Positions 1 to 13,364 of a stretch of DNA of 64,000 nt are shown one piece after another; position 1 is the stretch's first letter; every line of letters starts with the position of its first letter. A program made the position numbers and the translations under genes. Origin of the DNA: Lingula anatina (Eukaryota > Animalia > Brachiopoda); contig CM120648.1 in the NCBI GenBank assembly GCA_051362555.1, positions 15,558,587 through 15,622,586 on the forward strand. Direction: 5' to 3'. A model generated the notes under the pieces. That model did not search any database, had not been told where the DNA came from, and saw only the letters and a program-made list of their open reading frames with translations.

Positions 1-150
1 CTGCGAAGGTTACGCTTCTCGGTTTAACATCTATGAATGAAAAAGTAATCTCAGGGAAACGCCATGAGGGTTTGCTTCACCTGGTAGCAAAGGTCGTGAC
101 ATTACGCCAGATATACGAACTTTACTCTGCCCACGCGGTGTAAATGTAGA

Positions 151-209
151 ACACACACACACGTAGCACGCACACACACATATACACACGTAGCACACAT
201 ACAAACAAA

Positions 210-248
<39 letters not shown>
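151..248. repeat. (CA)n microsatellite, imperfect 5' half
   Basis: Direct reading; explains the spurious CVCVCV ORFs at 31-713. Confidence 0.95.
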
Positions 249-250
<2 letters not shown>

Positions 251-3200
251 ATTCTTTGCATGCACGTAGGAAGCAAAATTTAAGTAAATTGCATATGAGT
301 TTACCACTCAAAACAAAACCTTGACAGTAGCTTTCTCCAAAAAAAGTTAAGAAAATGAAAACAAAAGAAACAAAAACAAAAACAAACAACTGCAGTCGAA
401 AAGATAATGCAGATATCGAACGAGTATTATGTCCCTTGGCCCTACACATTATGTCAAAATTACAAAATTTTCTCCTATACCTAGTTAATGCCAAGCAGAG
501 CGAAAATGTTTTCTTCTCATGATCTTGTCCCAGCACATTCCTGCAACCAGGTACGAACACAAACATTGTAGGAAGAATTATCAGTAACCAACTTGGATAC
601 AAGTCAGACAGGGTGCCTTTGTGAACAAATTTTATCAGCTTTCTCTTACGTCTTGTACCATTACAAACATTGATTTTGCAATAATACGTGTGGTGTTTGT
701 AAACTGTGTTCATTTTTGTTCATAATACTGTATTCATGATTAAAAAAAAAAAGATAAAGTAAAGAAAAAACTGTCGGATCAGATCTGAGTGTAGAAATAT
801 GCAGGAGGTAATTTAAGTAGCCCACCCACACATTACTCTATTGGGCATGGTCAAAGGATCACAAAACTAAAAGCATATTCTTCTTTCTAATTTGAGTGTA
901 CAGACAAGCATGAGCTAAACGCCGAGTACACAACCCACGATTTTATGAGAATGAATACAAACCAATAAATACCGCCCAGTTAAATGACACGGTCCACCAG
1001 GCGAAACATCGGTTTTGGCTTACACCGGCTGGCACAGGCAGGCGTGTGCGTCGCCCCGTAGTTCTCCTATCTGGTACACCAACGTGCTACAGTGTATAGG
1101 AAATTACCTCCCTCTACGAGGAATATCATGATCCCAATGATGTTTTTTTTAATCCACTCTTTGTAGGTGGATAAAGCGTTTTTCTCATATTTTTATTATA
1201 TTTTCCAGATATATCAGATATGCACTTATTCAGAAGGGAAAGAAACGATTGGAAGTTTTACTGATTCTGGATCTCCTTTTTAGATAATTTTATTGTCATT
1301 TTTCTTGAGGGAGGAACGTTTTTGCTGTTGGGATGATAACTCTCTTATTACCATGGTTGGCTGAATGCCGAAGCTTAACTCTTACTCAGACGTTTAAGTC
1401 TTCCTTAATTCACCATGCGTGGCAGTATGTCTGCAATTTATTAGTTCAATTAATTTAGTACTTACCATTAGTCTAAAATGTTGAACGCCCTTTTTGTTCT
1501 AAATACATAAACTTTTTAATTTATTTGAATTACTGCAGATTTATATTCCTTCAAACTATAAAACATGCTGGCAATAAAATGTCTGTGCATGATACTTTAG
1601 TGAAACAGGTCACAAGAAGAACATAAATATTGTTTTTTACAGTATACTTCCGGATGGGAACGAACAGCACGAACAGCTCCGTTTAATTCACCACGTAACT
1701 TTCGAATACCATCCTAATGAGTTACATGGGCAATTATTTTCACGGTTTGCTCACGGTGTGTGTTCAGGTATGCACCCAGTCACGCACAGTATATAAACTC
1801 AATGGAAGAGGCACGTACATGTTGTAAATAGGTCGTGGTTAATTGTAAAAGGAATGCTGAAAGGATTTAGTCAGGAGTAAAGTGCACCACTAAGAAAAAT
1901 AAAATCATATTTTATATAGTTGGGGACGTGGTTTGTTTCGTGGAGTGTTTCTGGCGCATCTAATGTGAAATACCCACCAGAGGGTCTAGATCCCATGCCA
2001 CTAGTGGAATCTGCGTATACCACCCCACCCCACCGACCTAAAATATCTGACCAATATTTGCCAATTCAAATTTATATAAAAAAGAGGGCATTGTGGAATC
2101 AGAATGTCATGTTAAGATTATTTGTTATAGAAAGATTAATGAGCGGTCTTGATATAAACGCTTGCACAGCAGGACACGGACTGAAAAAAAATGGAAGCCT
2201 AAACTTGCACAGAAATTAAGGAACGTCTTTTGGTAGAAATAAACCCATGTATAAAATGAATTGAATAAATAAGATATGCAATCGCGTGTACATCGTAATT
2301 GATGTAAACAACAGGATATGAAAGTTACTGTTGGTGATATTGGGGCAAAATGCATATTCTGCAAAAGCATACTTTATAAATCACAAAATACAAACTAGGG
2401 TTAGTATCAAACATCAATATTTGCACCAATTTAATCCTAAATATAGCGTTTCTGAGATAAGACTGAAAAAGAAAGAACGTGAAAGGTTCGGAATATGCTT
2501 AGCATGGCGTACGTGTTGAATGGTATTTTCCTGTAAGAACATTACGCTGACCTTCCTGTGGCCGGAAAACTTTCGGTGGGCGTTTGGAAATCCATTGACC
2601 ATGTGTCAAAACTTCCAGCGAAACCATTTCCAATCAGAAGCAAAACTGACAGGGACGGATGTACCAAAGTTTAAATATCGACACTGGGCCAATAAATCAT
2701 TGCATGGTTACTGAAAACAATTTATCAGCATTCCAAAATATACTATCCCACGTTACAGATATAGCGATGTTCCGCAAAATATACGACACCAATAAAACGT
2801 TTCCTTTTTCTGGAACATTTTACTACGCGTATAGATTACATGTAATGGTGTTTTAAAGGTCAAGTTGTATTACAGCTGTATGTAAAGCGAAGCTGGACAG
2901 GCAGGCAGTTCTGGTGTCTGTCAATATGTGTAAACTGTCTCTCTCTCTGTAGTATCTCACAGATGGCGTGTTTGTATACTTGATGAGCAGGGAGTGCCCT
3001 TCATTAATCTGGGGCTACTCAAAACCATCGCGCGCCACCCATTTTTAAGAAAAATATTGATACGCTTATGGCATTTTCATGTTGATACATTAATGAAATG
3101 ATTCTCTTTAACTTCAGCCCTAGCTCTCATCTTTCTCTCTGTCTCCTACCCCCCTCTTTCTCCTCAGCATTTTTACATACGAGTGATAATATGATATGTT

Positions 3201-4807
3201 GTTCGTATCAAATCAAATGCGCTTCACGCTGATTTACACATAAATTGTAACATACCTGACATAAATGCAATAATTAGGTGTCCATCCGCCGTACGTTGTA
3301 TAGCTAAATTCGAAACAACAGTTCTGGCATATAAAACATTATATACCATTTTGAAACTTAAAAACCATAACATCATAGTAATATCCTCAACATGGACTGT
3401 CAAAAATACTGTACAGGCAATGTTTGTTTTCGTCTCTTCGGTTTACTACTTTACCCATACCATTTATTTCGCGTGACATATAAATATATACATGTATCTA
3501 AAAACTTGACGTGTATTCGGTATATTTTTAAATTTTGATTGCCCAATAAAATACTGTGTATTTTACTTATTACGTAAAATTTATAGCTTTAATAAACGTT
3601 TTGATAGTGTTCGTCTGGAAAAAGACAATCCAACAGCAGGGGGAAGCGATTGAAAAATGCCGCTACTAATCAGAAAAGCAATTTTGTGAAAATGCCACCT
3701 CAAAGAAAGGTTGACAGATATAACAGATATTCCAAGTGTTTCTCTTTGAACACGAGCATTACAGGAGATAAATAATATGATTTGAAGATTAAATGAAGCC
3801 AACGTAATTATTCAAGGGAGGAAGTCGTCTGCAGTAAATCCCCTTTTGATTTTCCAATTGCTCCAAGGTTTTTTTCTATCCTATTACGCCATTAAACTGG
3901 ATAAAATGCCACGTCTCAGTCCTGTGCCCCAGGGCAATTATCCTCTCTATCGAAATCCGGGTGATTTTTCACTTAAGCAAGCCTCAAAGACTTAATAATG
4001 GGATTTAATGGCTGCAGCGCACATTCATACGGGAGTTGTTCTATGAGATCTGACATATAAGCAGACGTGTTGACTGAGCATTTATTAGGTTGGTCATGGC
4101 CTTATGTTTTGTGGAATTAGCGTGACAGAGCAAATTATCGGTCGCTGATAGGTTACTTGTGGCCACATGACCTAATGTGACCCTTTCAGACTTCAAGGTC
4201 ACCTATGGGTATTGAAACCGGCTTTATGCCAGAAACTGAAGACATTGCTCAATTATCCTTAATGAATAAAGGCAATATTCACGGATTTTTTTTCAACTCA
4301 ATCATTTATTGTTAACATCAGTGGTTTGACTTGTTGATGAAGGCTTTCAGAAAACCTGGCAAATGCAATTGAAAAAAAAAAAACATTATGGCAGACTTCT
4401 CATCAAAGAAACAGATGATTCAGAATAATTCAAACTATATTTTATGGGTGACATTTCACACGAGATAACAGAAAACACTGCAAACGAATCAAGTTAAGCT
4501 TAAAAGGAATCGGTCGACTAATATGTAATGTTAAATGACACAAACATCGGGTTGAATGTTTCATCCATGTGCCCTTGCACGACCTTTCCTGACCTCCTGG
4601 GCATGCCTGGGCATTGACATTGTTTTCTTTCAGTGATTTCTGTTCATTGCAACCATTAGATGCTCACATTCGTTTTTTTCTGGCTTTGTAAATTCAAAAT
4701 TTTGGTTATGTATTGCGCCCCTAATAATGAAAAAGAGAGATTGGGTGCACACGTTGCAATTAAAAATAGGCGATCATTTTAAATAATAGACAAACACGGT
4801 TGGCAAA

Positions 4808-4828
4808 AAAATAAAATAAAATAAAATA

Positions 4829-4870
<42 letters not shown>
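4808..4870. repeat. (AAAAT)n-(AAT)n compound microsatellite
   Basis: Direct reading. Confidence 0.95.
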
Positions 4871-7474
4871 CAATACTTTACTGGCTTCATCATTGCATTA
4901 TAATATTATTGTTTATTTGTTGGTCAGAGTTCGTTAAAAGTAACAGAAAGATAGATTCATTGTATTAAAAAAATAATCAACCATCATTTTAAAAACAAGC
5001 AATAATAAACTAATAACCTTATAACGTGTGTTTGCGCGCTCATTGTCCGTTTAAGTCATTTATTCGTGAATGTTTTGATTATTTTGTGTCAATTATCACT
5101 TTATACATGTTTCAAGCTATATCACCCATGTCGCAGTTTATTTTTTGGAAAAGTACATTTCAGTTTGTCAACCATTAAACATTTTTTTCAAAAGCATTTG
5201 TAAGGAGTTCAACTACGTGTGCGGTAGACAAGTTAACTTACTTCATCCAATTTCTTCACTTTATCTCTTATTTTATCTCTTATTTTACCTCTTTCAAGGA
5301 TGCATCTTCTGCTATAACACTGGTACAATGGGTCATATGTTACACGTGCAGCTACTGATTAAAAGGCGCAAAACGACCTCCCGTTCATCAAACATTACAT
5401 AATATACCTGGAGACGCTATCAGAACAAAAAAAGCAAGTATCCAAAGGGATTCACAGAGCAACCTTTTGAAATAAAATCTGAGTACAAACCTCTTAGGGA
5501 TAATTCAAAGCAAGGCCTTTTGGCACGTTTCACACAATTTTCCCTCATTTTTTACGTTCCACTAAGTAAATTTCACATGAAAAAAGTCACTCGGCTGACA
5601 CAAAATGAGATGAGACACGAACATCAGAGTGTATACACCCCGTTTGATTAGAGCACTCTTTTCATCTCTATTCGCGTTTTAGGCATTACACCGTAATCTG
5701 GATAACGCGCACAGAGCTATTGGTATACCCCAATAGACAGAAAAAGGTCATATATTGCAAGAACGCACGATTCATTTTCCTTTAAAAGCTATTTAGACAG
5801 GCAATAGAACAAGGATAGATTCACTCTAAATACAAAATCGAGACTTCGACATCGAATTACGTGTGTCCTCGGCTTCTGGGGCTTTTCCACTTCGTTTGAG
5901 TGCAACCGAACACAACATTTAATCACCCTCTAGCTGCCCGAGGAGTTAGTCTGATTGTATTCAGCAAGAGTCCCAGCGGAGTTGGATCGAGAACAAGATT
6001 CATTAGAAACGCGCCCTATGTATATCTCCAATAGAACCCTTGCCGTACAGGACACTAAGAAAATAGTGTCCTTATAAATGCACTTATAATTAAATAGACG
6101 CTAACCCATTTTACTGCCAATCTTTGTGTTTGGATTATTAACACGTTTGATTAATCAGTTGGAGAAACGTACATGCTGAATAGAACCCAATGAAATCCAT
6201 TATGAAAAAATTGGTTCTAACGACCATGTACGAATTTGGCAACGGTCGAATGCTTTACTACAGAGCGATTTATTTATTCGATATCTGAATAGTAAAACTT
6301 CAGCAAAAAAAAAACAAAAAAAAAAAAACTTTGAACTTAATTGGTATCTACCATGTACTCACTTTAAGGAATTATGTACACGCTAACAAGCTGATTTTTT
6401 TTTACTTTTGTAATTAATCAGACTCTGTACTTTACTTTTATCTTAATCGGAACAGTAAATCTTCAGTAGACGAAATTGTACCCTCGGGCTTAGTAAATTG
6501 GTAGTACATGTTGTTCATTTTTGGAACATGTACACGTTCACAGTTGATTGCTGTTTTGAACGATTAGGCAACTATAGACATTCGACATCATAGAACATGA
6601 ACAGTGTAGTTTTTAACTGATTGCACAAGAGAGCTCCACCTAGCGTCAGGCGCACACGTTACGTTAACGTCAGACGTAGAGTCGTTGTCATCATACACAG
6701 CACATGTAAAATCAATATAGAAGTAATGAAAAACTAGATACAACATTTAATTTGTGTGTTGCGCTGCAATTTTTCATGGTTGTGGTACCGTGATGAAAAT
6801 TAAGTCCTTATTCTGACCAATGAAGACAATTTGAAGGGAAACCCGTGCCGTATCATTTCAGGACAAGAAACGGTGCCAGTTTGACGAAAAAGATTAAGGC
6901 TAAATCTTAATCATAAGACCGATTAAGTCATATACCATTTAGGTTTTATGTACGGTGTTCTTCTGGAAATAAAACATTCATTTTAAAATCACTTTATAAA
7001 TAGGCACAGCATTTTATTTAATTTGATTTAATCTTACTTAGCTTTTAAAAGGAGTCCACAATTTCAGTCTTAAGGCCATACCAACCTTTGGTCTTAAGCC
7101 CACTTTAGAGACAGACTCCAGATTATAAAGTCAGTACCAGAAGTCGCGATCATAAATCAAGTCGTAATCTTAAATAAAAGTTAGCCATCTAACGTAAGAC
7201 CTGTCGCTGTAAATAGAAAATAGATAATTTGAGATACCACTAGTGAGATTGGAGCTGACAATTACAGGCGCTCTGCTTCCAAAATAAAGATTTATAGAGG
7301 GACCCTGGCTATAAATCGCAATTAGATCACCTTTTTCTGATTTTATGTACTGAATTAGGTCGTCCCAAGTCCTCAGGGAATACACATTGGGATTAACCTA
7401 CGGTAGTCTTTGTCATGACCAAGCTAGGTATAGGACCCATGACTCACCGTTGCTAACTTTTCTATCAGAACCGC

Positions 7475-7636
7475 TGTAACGTGACAGAGTCCCCCATGAA
7501 AGAGAGTCCACTTCTCGTTCATTTGCAAAGGTAATCCTCGCCCTTGATTTTGACCTACTGAGGTCAGGCTAACCCTAACCATTAAACCTAAATGGTGGGC
7601 GGACTGTCTGCCATTCGGACCCTCAGGTTCCGTACA
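7475..7636 (+). mobile_element. Short non-autonomous TGT...ACA DNA element (Ginger-like MITE), copy 1
   Basis: Starts TGTAAC, ends GTACA, flanked by a perfect 4-bp direct repeat CCGC (7471-7474, 7637-7640). Homologous along its length to 8711-8874. TGT..ACA termini with a 4-bp CC-rich TSD are the Ginger signature (family call is inference). Confidence 0.7.
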
Positions 7637-8710
7637 CCGCCACCAACACCCCTCAAAAAAGTTGAATACAGATTGGATGGTAGTATAATCTATGTGCCAT
7701 AAGGATTTAGAGGTTATGGGATCTAATAAGACACGCATCGGCTGATCTTGTCAGTTATTTTCGGAATTTGGGATTTAAATCACCAGCCAATTTGGATGAC
7801 AGAAAATATTTCTTTGGGTTGCATAATAAAGATACCTTCTAGACGACCGCCTCATGGATTTTCTCAATTTGTGTTGACAGCAACAAGGCAAATACCAAAT
7901 TCCGTAAATTATATAATTGAGCTGGAATTTATATATTTGCTTGCTCTTTAGGAAGAAATTGCTGGTGTTTGTGATGCAAGAAAAGTATGGGCAATTAGTA
8001 CGCCTCACATCACTCAAGGTACAACAGCCTTCAAGGCATGTTTAACGTACAGCTTAACTTCTGGTATGCTGGCCAAGTTCACAGAAAAATAATATCATTT
8101 TTTTTCAGTCAATACCAGAAAAACACCCTTTATACTTAAAAAAGAAGCGTGTCAAGTGAAGGTTTGTAACAACATTTAATACTTAAAGAAAGTAGCCAGT
8201 TCATATTCAAATGGCATTAACAACAGAATTTACACTGAACAGAGCAAGAAACTAGCCATAGGGGAACAATACAAGACATGAAGTGGACTACACACTTGTA
8301 CCAAGATGAATGTCATGTCAAACTAAGTGAATTAAGCAATAATTAATTATAGAGTATCTGACCCCTGCCGTCCGTTTGGGACTCGTGGATCTTTCTTTAG
8401 AGATGAGACAGTGACATCTGCCTCGTGTCATAAATCAACCCTATCAGGTCGTTGTATATGTGCTACCAACCTATTGATATTAACTGTCGGATTCGTGAGT
8501 TTGTTTAGGGAAAGATACATGGGTGCTTTACTCTTACTTCGCTTGAAAAAAAAAAAAAAGAAAAGAAAAGAAAACGAGCAGAATGGTGCTATGACGTGTA
8601 GGAAAAGGGCATGAAGAACAGCTTGTTTTGCTACCCATACTGCTGTTTAATACTGTGCAGAGGGAGGGATATCGGTGACGAGGACAGCATCATCTTACAA
8701 ATAGTTCCGT

Positions 8711-8874
8711 TGTAACATGATAGAGAGACCCCCCATGACAGAGAGTCCGCTTCCCATTCATTTGTACAGGTAACCCTCGCCCTAGATTTTGACCCACTTA
8801 CGTCAGGCTAAGGCTACGATTATAACTAAATGGAGGGCGGACTTTCTGTTACATGGACCCTCACTTTCCTAACA
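8711..8874 (+). mobile_element. Ginger-like MITE, copy 2
   Basis: Colinear with 7475-7636 (CCCCCATGA.AGAGAGTCC, GATTTTGACC, GTCAGGCTAA, CTAAATGG.GGGCGGACT, GGACCCTCA); TGT..ACA ends; flanks CCGT/CTGG match only partly. Confidence 0.65.
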
Positions 8875-9677
8875 CTGGTTTCACAAACGCAATAAAGGCG
8901 ACGTTTTGTTTTTCAGCTGAAATGAGGTTAGATGTGAATTAATAAACCCTGAGATAAAGCCATTTCTTTCTTTCTTTCTTTCTTTCTGGATATATTTCAC
9001 TAAAGTTGACCTCCCTTGGTCGAACTTGAATGAAGTTAATACAGTTAAATGGTTTGGTTTCAGAATGGCTATGTTCGTTTTAGAATGCAGGCAGGGTTCG
9101 GTCTTCAGAACATACACTTGGCTTATTGGTCCCTGGTCACTTGGAGAGAATAACCGATTATTCTTGGAAATCATTAGAAAAACCATATTTGAATGACTTA
9201 CCAAGAAGCTTAAAGCGCCAGTGTGTTCTTAATTCCCAACCACGTCACGATGGTGACCGCGGTGGTTTGAAGGGTCAGTAGGTCACCGCCTGGGTCATGA
9301 CCTCGCCAATCTCCGCCACTGAGCCTCTGAATAATTGTCTGGATTTCGGAGAAGGCTTTATCTAATGCAAGGGATTAACTTTTATCGTTCTTATCATTCC
9401 GACCAAAGTATGACAAATTGTATGGTAGTAAATACTGAATTAACATGTGAAGAGTGTATACGAATGTAAAAATTTATATTAAGAATGCTATCTTCCGTAT
9501 TTCGAAATGATTATCTTCAAAACTCATGAGCAATAATGTTATTGTAGAGTGATTGTCTATAAATTTATCACACAAAGCATTTAAAAATAATGGTTTACAG
9601 TATTATTCTATTCTATGCTAGGTGTAGAGATATCCTTTACTGTAATTTCTTCCTAATCACGTTAACCTGTATAATTT

Positions 9678-9678
<1 letters not shown>

Positions 9679-9721
<43 letters not shown>
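9679..9721. repeat. (TTA)n microsatellite
   Basis: Direct reading. Confidence 0.95.
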
Positions 9722-10178
9722 GATAATAATTCTGCATTTTAAATGTTTAAACATCGCATGACTTAAAAGCGTTTTATGGTGCTACCATTCATCAGATAAA
9801 CCACGATGAAAAAATAAAGAAAGCAGAATCACATAATATCTTACAAAACAGAAAATGGAAAGAAAATAAAGTACCATGAAAATGAAACCATGCAAACAAA
9901 GGTCACTTAATCAACGCATGACAGATATGGATGATATGAAACCAATAATCCGCTCCCGGTCTTGACCCTTCGAACCGCAAATGCCATGTCAATTCTTAAT
10001 CCAATAACCATAGATCATTATTTTGATCAGTCATTTAAGACGGCGTGCGGTCAAATCATTCAAGTCTCACGCCCGTTAATTAAAACGTCGATTTTGAAGG
10101 TTTTCGTTCACAGCATGCGCAAAAGGACACATACCTCTTCCAATATTGGTCCATTGGACTGGAAGAATTAGCCAAACG

Positions 10179-10182
<4 letters not shown>

Positions 10183-10249
<67 letters not shown>
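10183..10249. repeat. (CA)n(GA)n compound microsatellite
   Basis: Direct reading. Confidence 0.95.
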
Positions 10250-10252
<3 letters not shown>

Positions 10253-12110
10253 GATCTGCAAAGACGTTAAGCATAGTTTGGCACATATATGCCAAAGAAC
10301 TGCCTAGACTCTTCGATAACTTTAATCAGATTTGCTCTGTGAGCTCATTGAATTAATTACCCCACACAGAGATCTGTCTACAACGATTACAGGTAAACAA
10401 GAACGGAACTTGTATTAGTTAGCTGTAAGTGAAAGAACTCGATGTACTTAATGCATATAATCTGCACTATAGTATATCAACGGCTGGTGAAGATGTAATA
10501 TAGAGATGTGTATCACTAATTGGAGCCACGGGGTTTAATTGCTACACTCACGTTTTGCTTCCCCTCCTTTCTTAGTGGTCTTTTTGTCGAAACGTTTGTC
10601 AGACAGGTACATTCGTACTTAATGATAATTATATGTGTCAGTTTTGAATGTTACGTGCTGTAGGGAAAGCAGCTCTTCATTTTGGCAAGAAAGTGCCATA
10701 GAACAAATTCCTTTGGGGTAGACGACATTTTCCCTATACTTTGCAAAGTTATGGATTGTTTTTTTAAAGAAAATATATATGTTTTAATAATAATTGCCAT
10801 AGAGGGTACAAATCTATGACGGTTCACTCTCTTATGATATCCGGATATTACGATTAACCATGTACTGTCTTGGTGATAAACTGTTTTTTCACATCGTTAT
10901 ATAGTGTTTTCAGTGTATTTATTGTGTAATTGTGAATCTCACAAAAACAGTTGGCATCCTTTAACATTGTTTGCTGTCTTTGTTTGTTTTCATACTTAAA
11001 GAAAAAAAACTAATAAGTAATTAATTTCATATGGTATTTCAGTATATACAAGTTTAGTTATGACCGTTTTACTTAGTTAATATGAAAAGTTCTCTCGTAC
11101 TCTAAATATGTATCCCACTCCAACTGGGCAAACTCTCAGCTACACAAAGACGGTTCTGTGAACCACGTGCTAACTCAACATATGGATAATAGCGCTGTTT
11201 TACCATGTGGGCAACTTATACCCCATTTTCCTGTCTGCGTAAAATAAATGTATGCGGTATACTTTCAACTAGGAGGCGTTGACATTTACACGTACAAGCA
11301 GAACCTATGGTTGCAGGGTATAATATTTCAACAACCATCCCAACTAAAAATAATACCTTTCATGAGCATTATTGTATTCCATGAAACAGAAGCTATTTCT
11401 AGTTTGACCTGTGGGAAAGTTTGACGAGGTCCATTGAAGTAAAACATAAAACATAGATGTGTGAAGCAAAATATTGATGTGTGAAACGAAACATCATAAA
11501 TATCGTTAACAATTTATAAACGGAGACGTAATGGTCAGATCAATGGGAAACGTAGCATTGGAACCGCTCCTATGTAGAAGCGGTATTTTTCATAATGTTC
11601 CATCCACTTCCTATGGGGCAAATATACGTCATTAAAACCTTACATGTCTGCCCCAACTTACGAGTCGCATTGCGCTAAAACTTTCAATTACCTTCGAATC
11701 GCACGCACACAGGCCAAAACACGTGCATGCATTCTGTTGTTACTTGATGAGTGTACTCATTTGTTAACAATAAGAAGAGAAAACCAGGTGATACATGTAT
11801 CAAATTTAAATTAAAAGTGGGTAACATGATGTTTATGGGTACTTTTGTGGACCACCAGCGTTTCAAGGGTAATTCAAAGCGTTTTTATCCGCACCTTAAC
11901 GGAATAACCAGAACTGAACACTTTCGATGTTTAAACTCACTAGCAGTAAATTGTTATATAACTTAATAATGGGAGCCCGGACTTACCTTCCTATATAGGA
12001 CTACCAATTCTCCCACATGTTTCGTACAGGTTAGGGTTAGTTGGAGTACTAGGGTTAGAATATGGGTGAATGTCATCTGTAGAAAGTGATGAGAAGCGGA
12101 CTACGGTTCC

Positions 12111-12277
12111 TAGCGGAATGAAGTAAAATATTGCAACACAGTACACACTCGCCATTAAATCCCCACAGGTCAGGGTTAGCGTGACGCAAGTAAGCCAAAA
12201 TTTAGGTCATGACATTCCTGCACAACTTAATGCAAAACCAGACGCTGTGACACATGGGGGCTCTCCTCTACATGACA
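12111..12277 (-). mobile_element. Ginger-like MITE, diverged inverted copy 3
   Basis: Reverse complement begins TGTCATGTAGAGGAGAGCCCCCATG and has ..AATTTTGGCTTACTTGCGTCACGCTAACCCTGACC, alignable to copies 1 and 2; left boundary approximate. Confidence 0.5.
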
Positions 12278-12671
12278 CAGGGCTTCAGGGGTATTTAACA
12301 GCGCTCCAGATTCATTTCTTACCGGTCTTAAATCACCAAAAGCGTGCACACGCCCGGCCATTAATTACCTACGTCATCACGGGTCAGCGATTTATTACAA
12401 CTATATGTCATGGTTTGACGACTTATTGGTACCTTAGCAGCTGGCGGACTGCTCTACATCAAAGAGAAAACTGTCTCTATATCTTATGTTTTCATATTAA
12501 TACAATGTAACACTTGTTCAACATGTGTTTGCAGTCAAATTCTTACTAACAACCTTGATTCATGGGAGATATAATAGGATTGATTATTTTCGCGGCTGTC
12601 TTGAGCATGTGCTTCTTCAACAAGAAGTCTTCGTAGCATAAAAACGCAAAAGAAGGGAACCAAAAGGATGC

Positions 12672-12672
<1 letters not shown>

Positions 12673-12740
<68 letters not shown>

Positions 12741-12741
12741 T
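12673..12741. repeat. (TA)n(TG)n compound microsatellite
   Basis: Direct reading. Confidence 0.95.
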
Positions 12742-13121
12742 GAACGAGAGGAAAAGAATGAAAGAAGAAGTAGCAGAAGAAGAAGTTTAGGATCACGAAT
12801 CAATGCTGCCGTCGGCATGTTAGTTCCAATTAAGTCGTGTTAACTGACCGAAACATTTCAACAGTAAGGCATTCACGCGCCTGCTTTTTCATTTTTTATA
12901 ATCATAATATGTCAAAAAACTGTGATTAAATGACCAACGGGGATATTTCAGAGATAATCTTTTTCTACACATGTGCACTATTATTCTTACTTATTATTCT
13001 TATATAGATTATATAGATTACAGGAAATTGAATTATTTTAATCGTAGTTTGATTCTGCTGTTATTTTTCTTTAAATCCACATACAAGCAAGAGGTCACAA
13101 TATAGTTTCCTTACATGAGTT

Positions 13122-13364
13122 CAGTGGCGGATTTAGAAGAGGGTGTGTCTAGTCCGCACTTGAAGTTAGAATTTTGACGAGCTGAATCATAGTTCTAAAC
13201 CGTACCAAATGGCACCGTTCACCCTCTAAATTACCGAAAGTTTTCGGGACCCTTAAGCGGGCCCCTAACCCTACGCCAAGTGTGTGTGTGTGTGGGGGGG
13301 GGGGGAGGTTTGCTTCGCATCTGCGGACCACCTCCCCCTTCGAATAATCCTGGATCCGCCCCTG
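13122..13364 (+). mobile_element. hAT-type MITE
   Basis: TIRs CAGTGGCGGATTTAG / CTGGATCCGCCCCTG; 8-bp flanks CATGAGTT / CATGAGAT (7/8), the TSD length typical of hAT; second partial copy at 34050-34203. Confidence 0.8.

Noticed and set aside
31-713. Overlapping ORFs up to 203 aa
   Set aside because: Kept open by the (CA)n and A-rich repeats; no recognisable domain.
5460-6040. Possible Crypton-like non-autonomous element
   Set aside because: Only a vague resemblance; no boundaries or coding evidence.
6870-7310. Possible old Harbinger-type MITE with TTAAG modules
   Set aside because: No matching TIR pair or TSD could be established.
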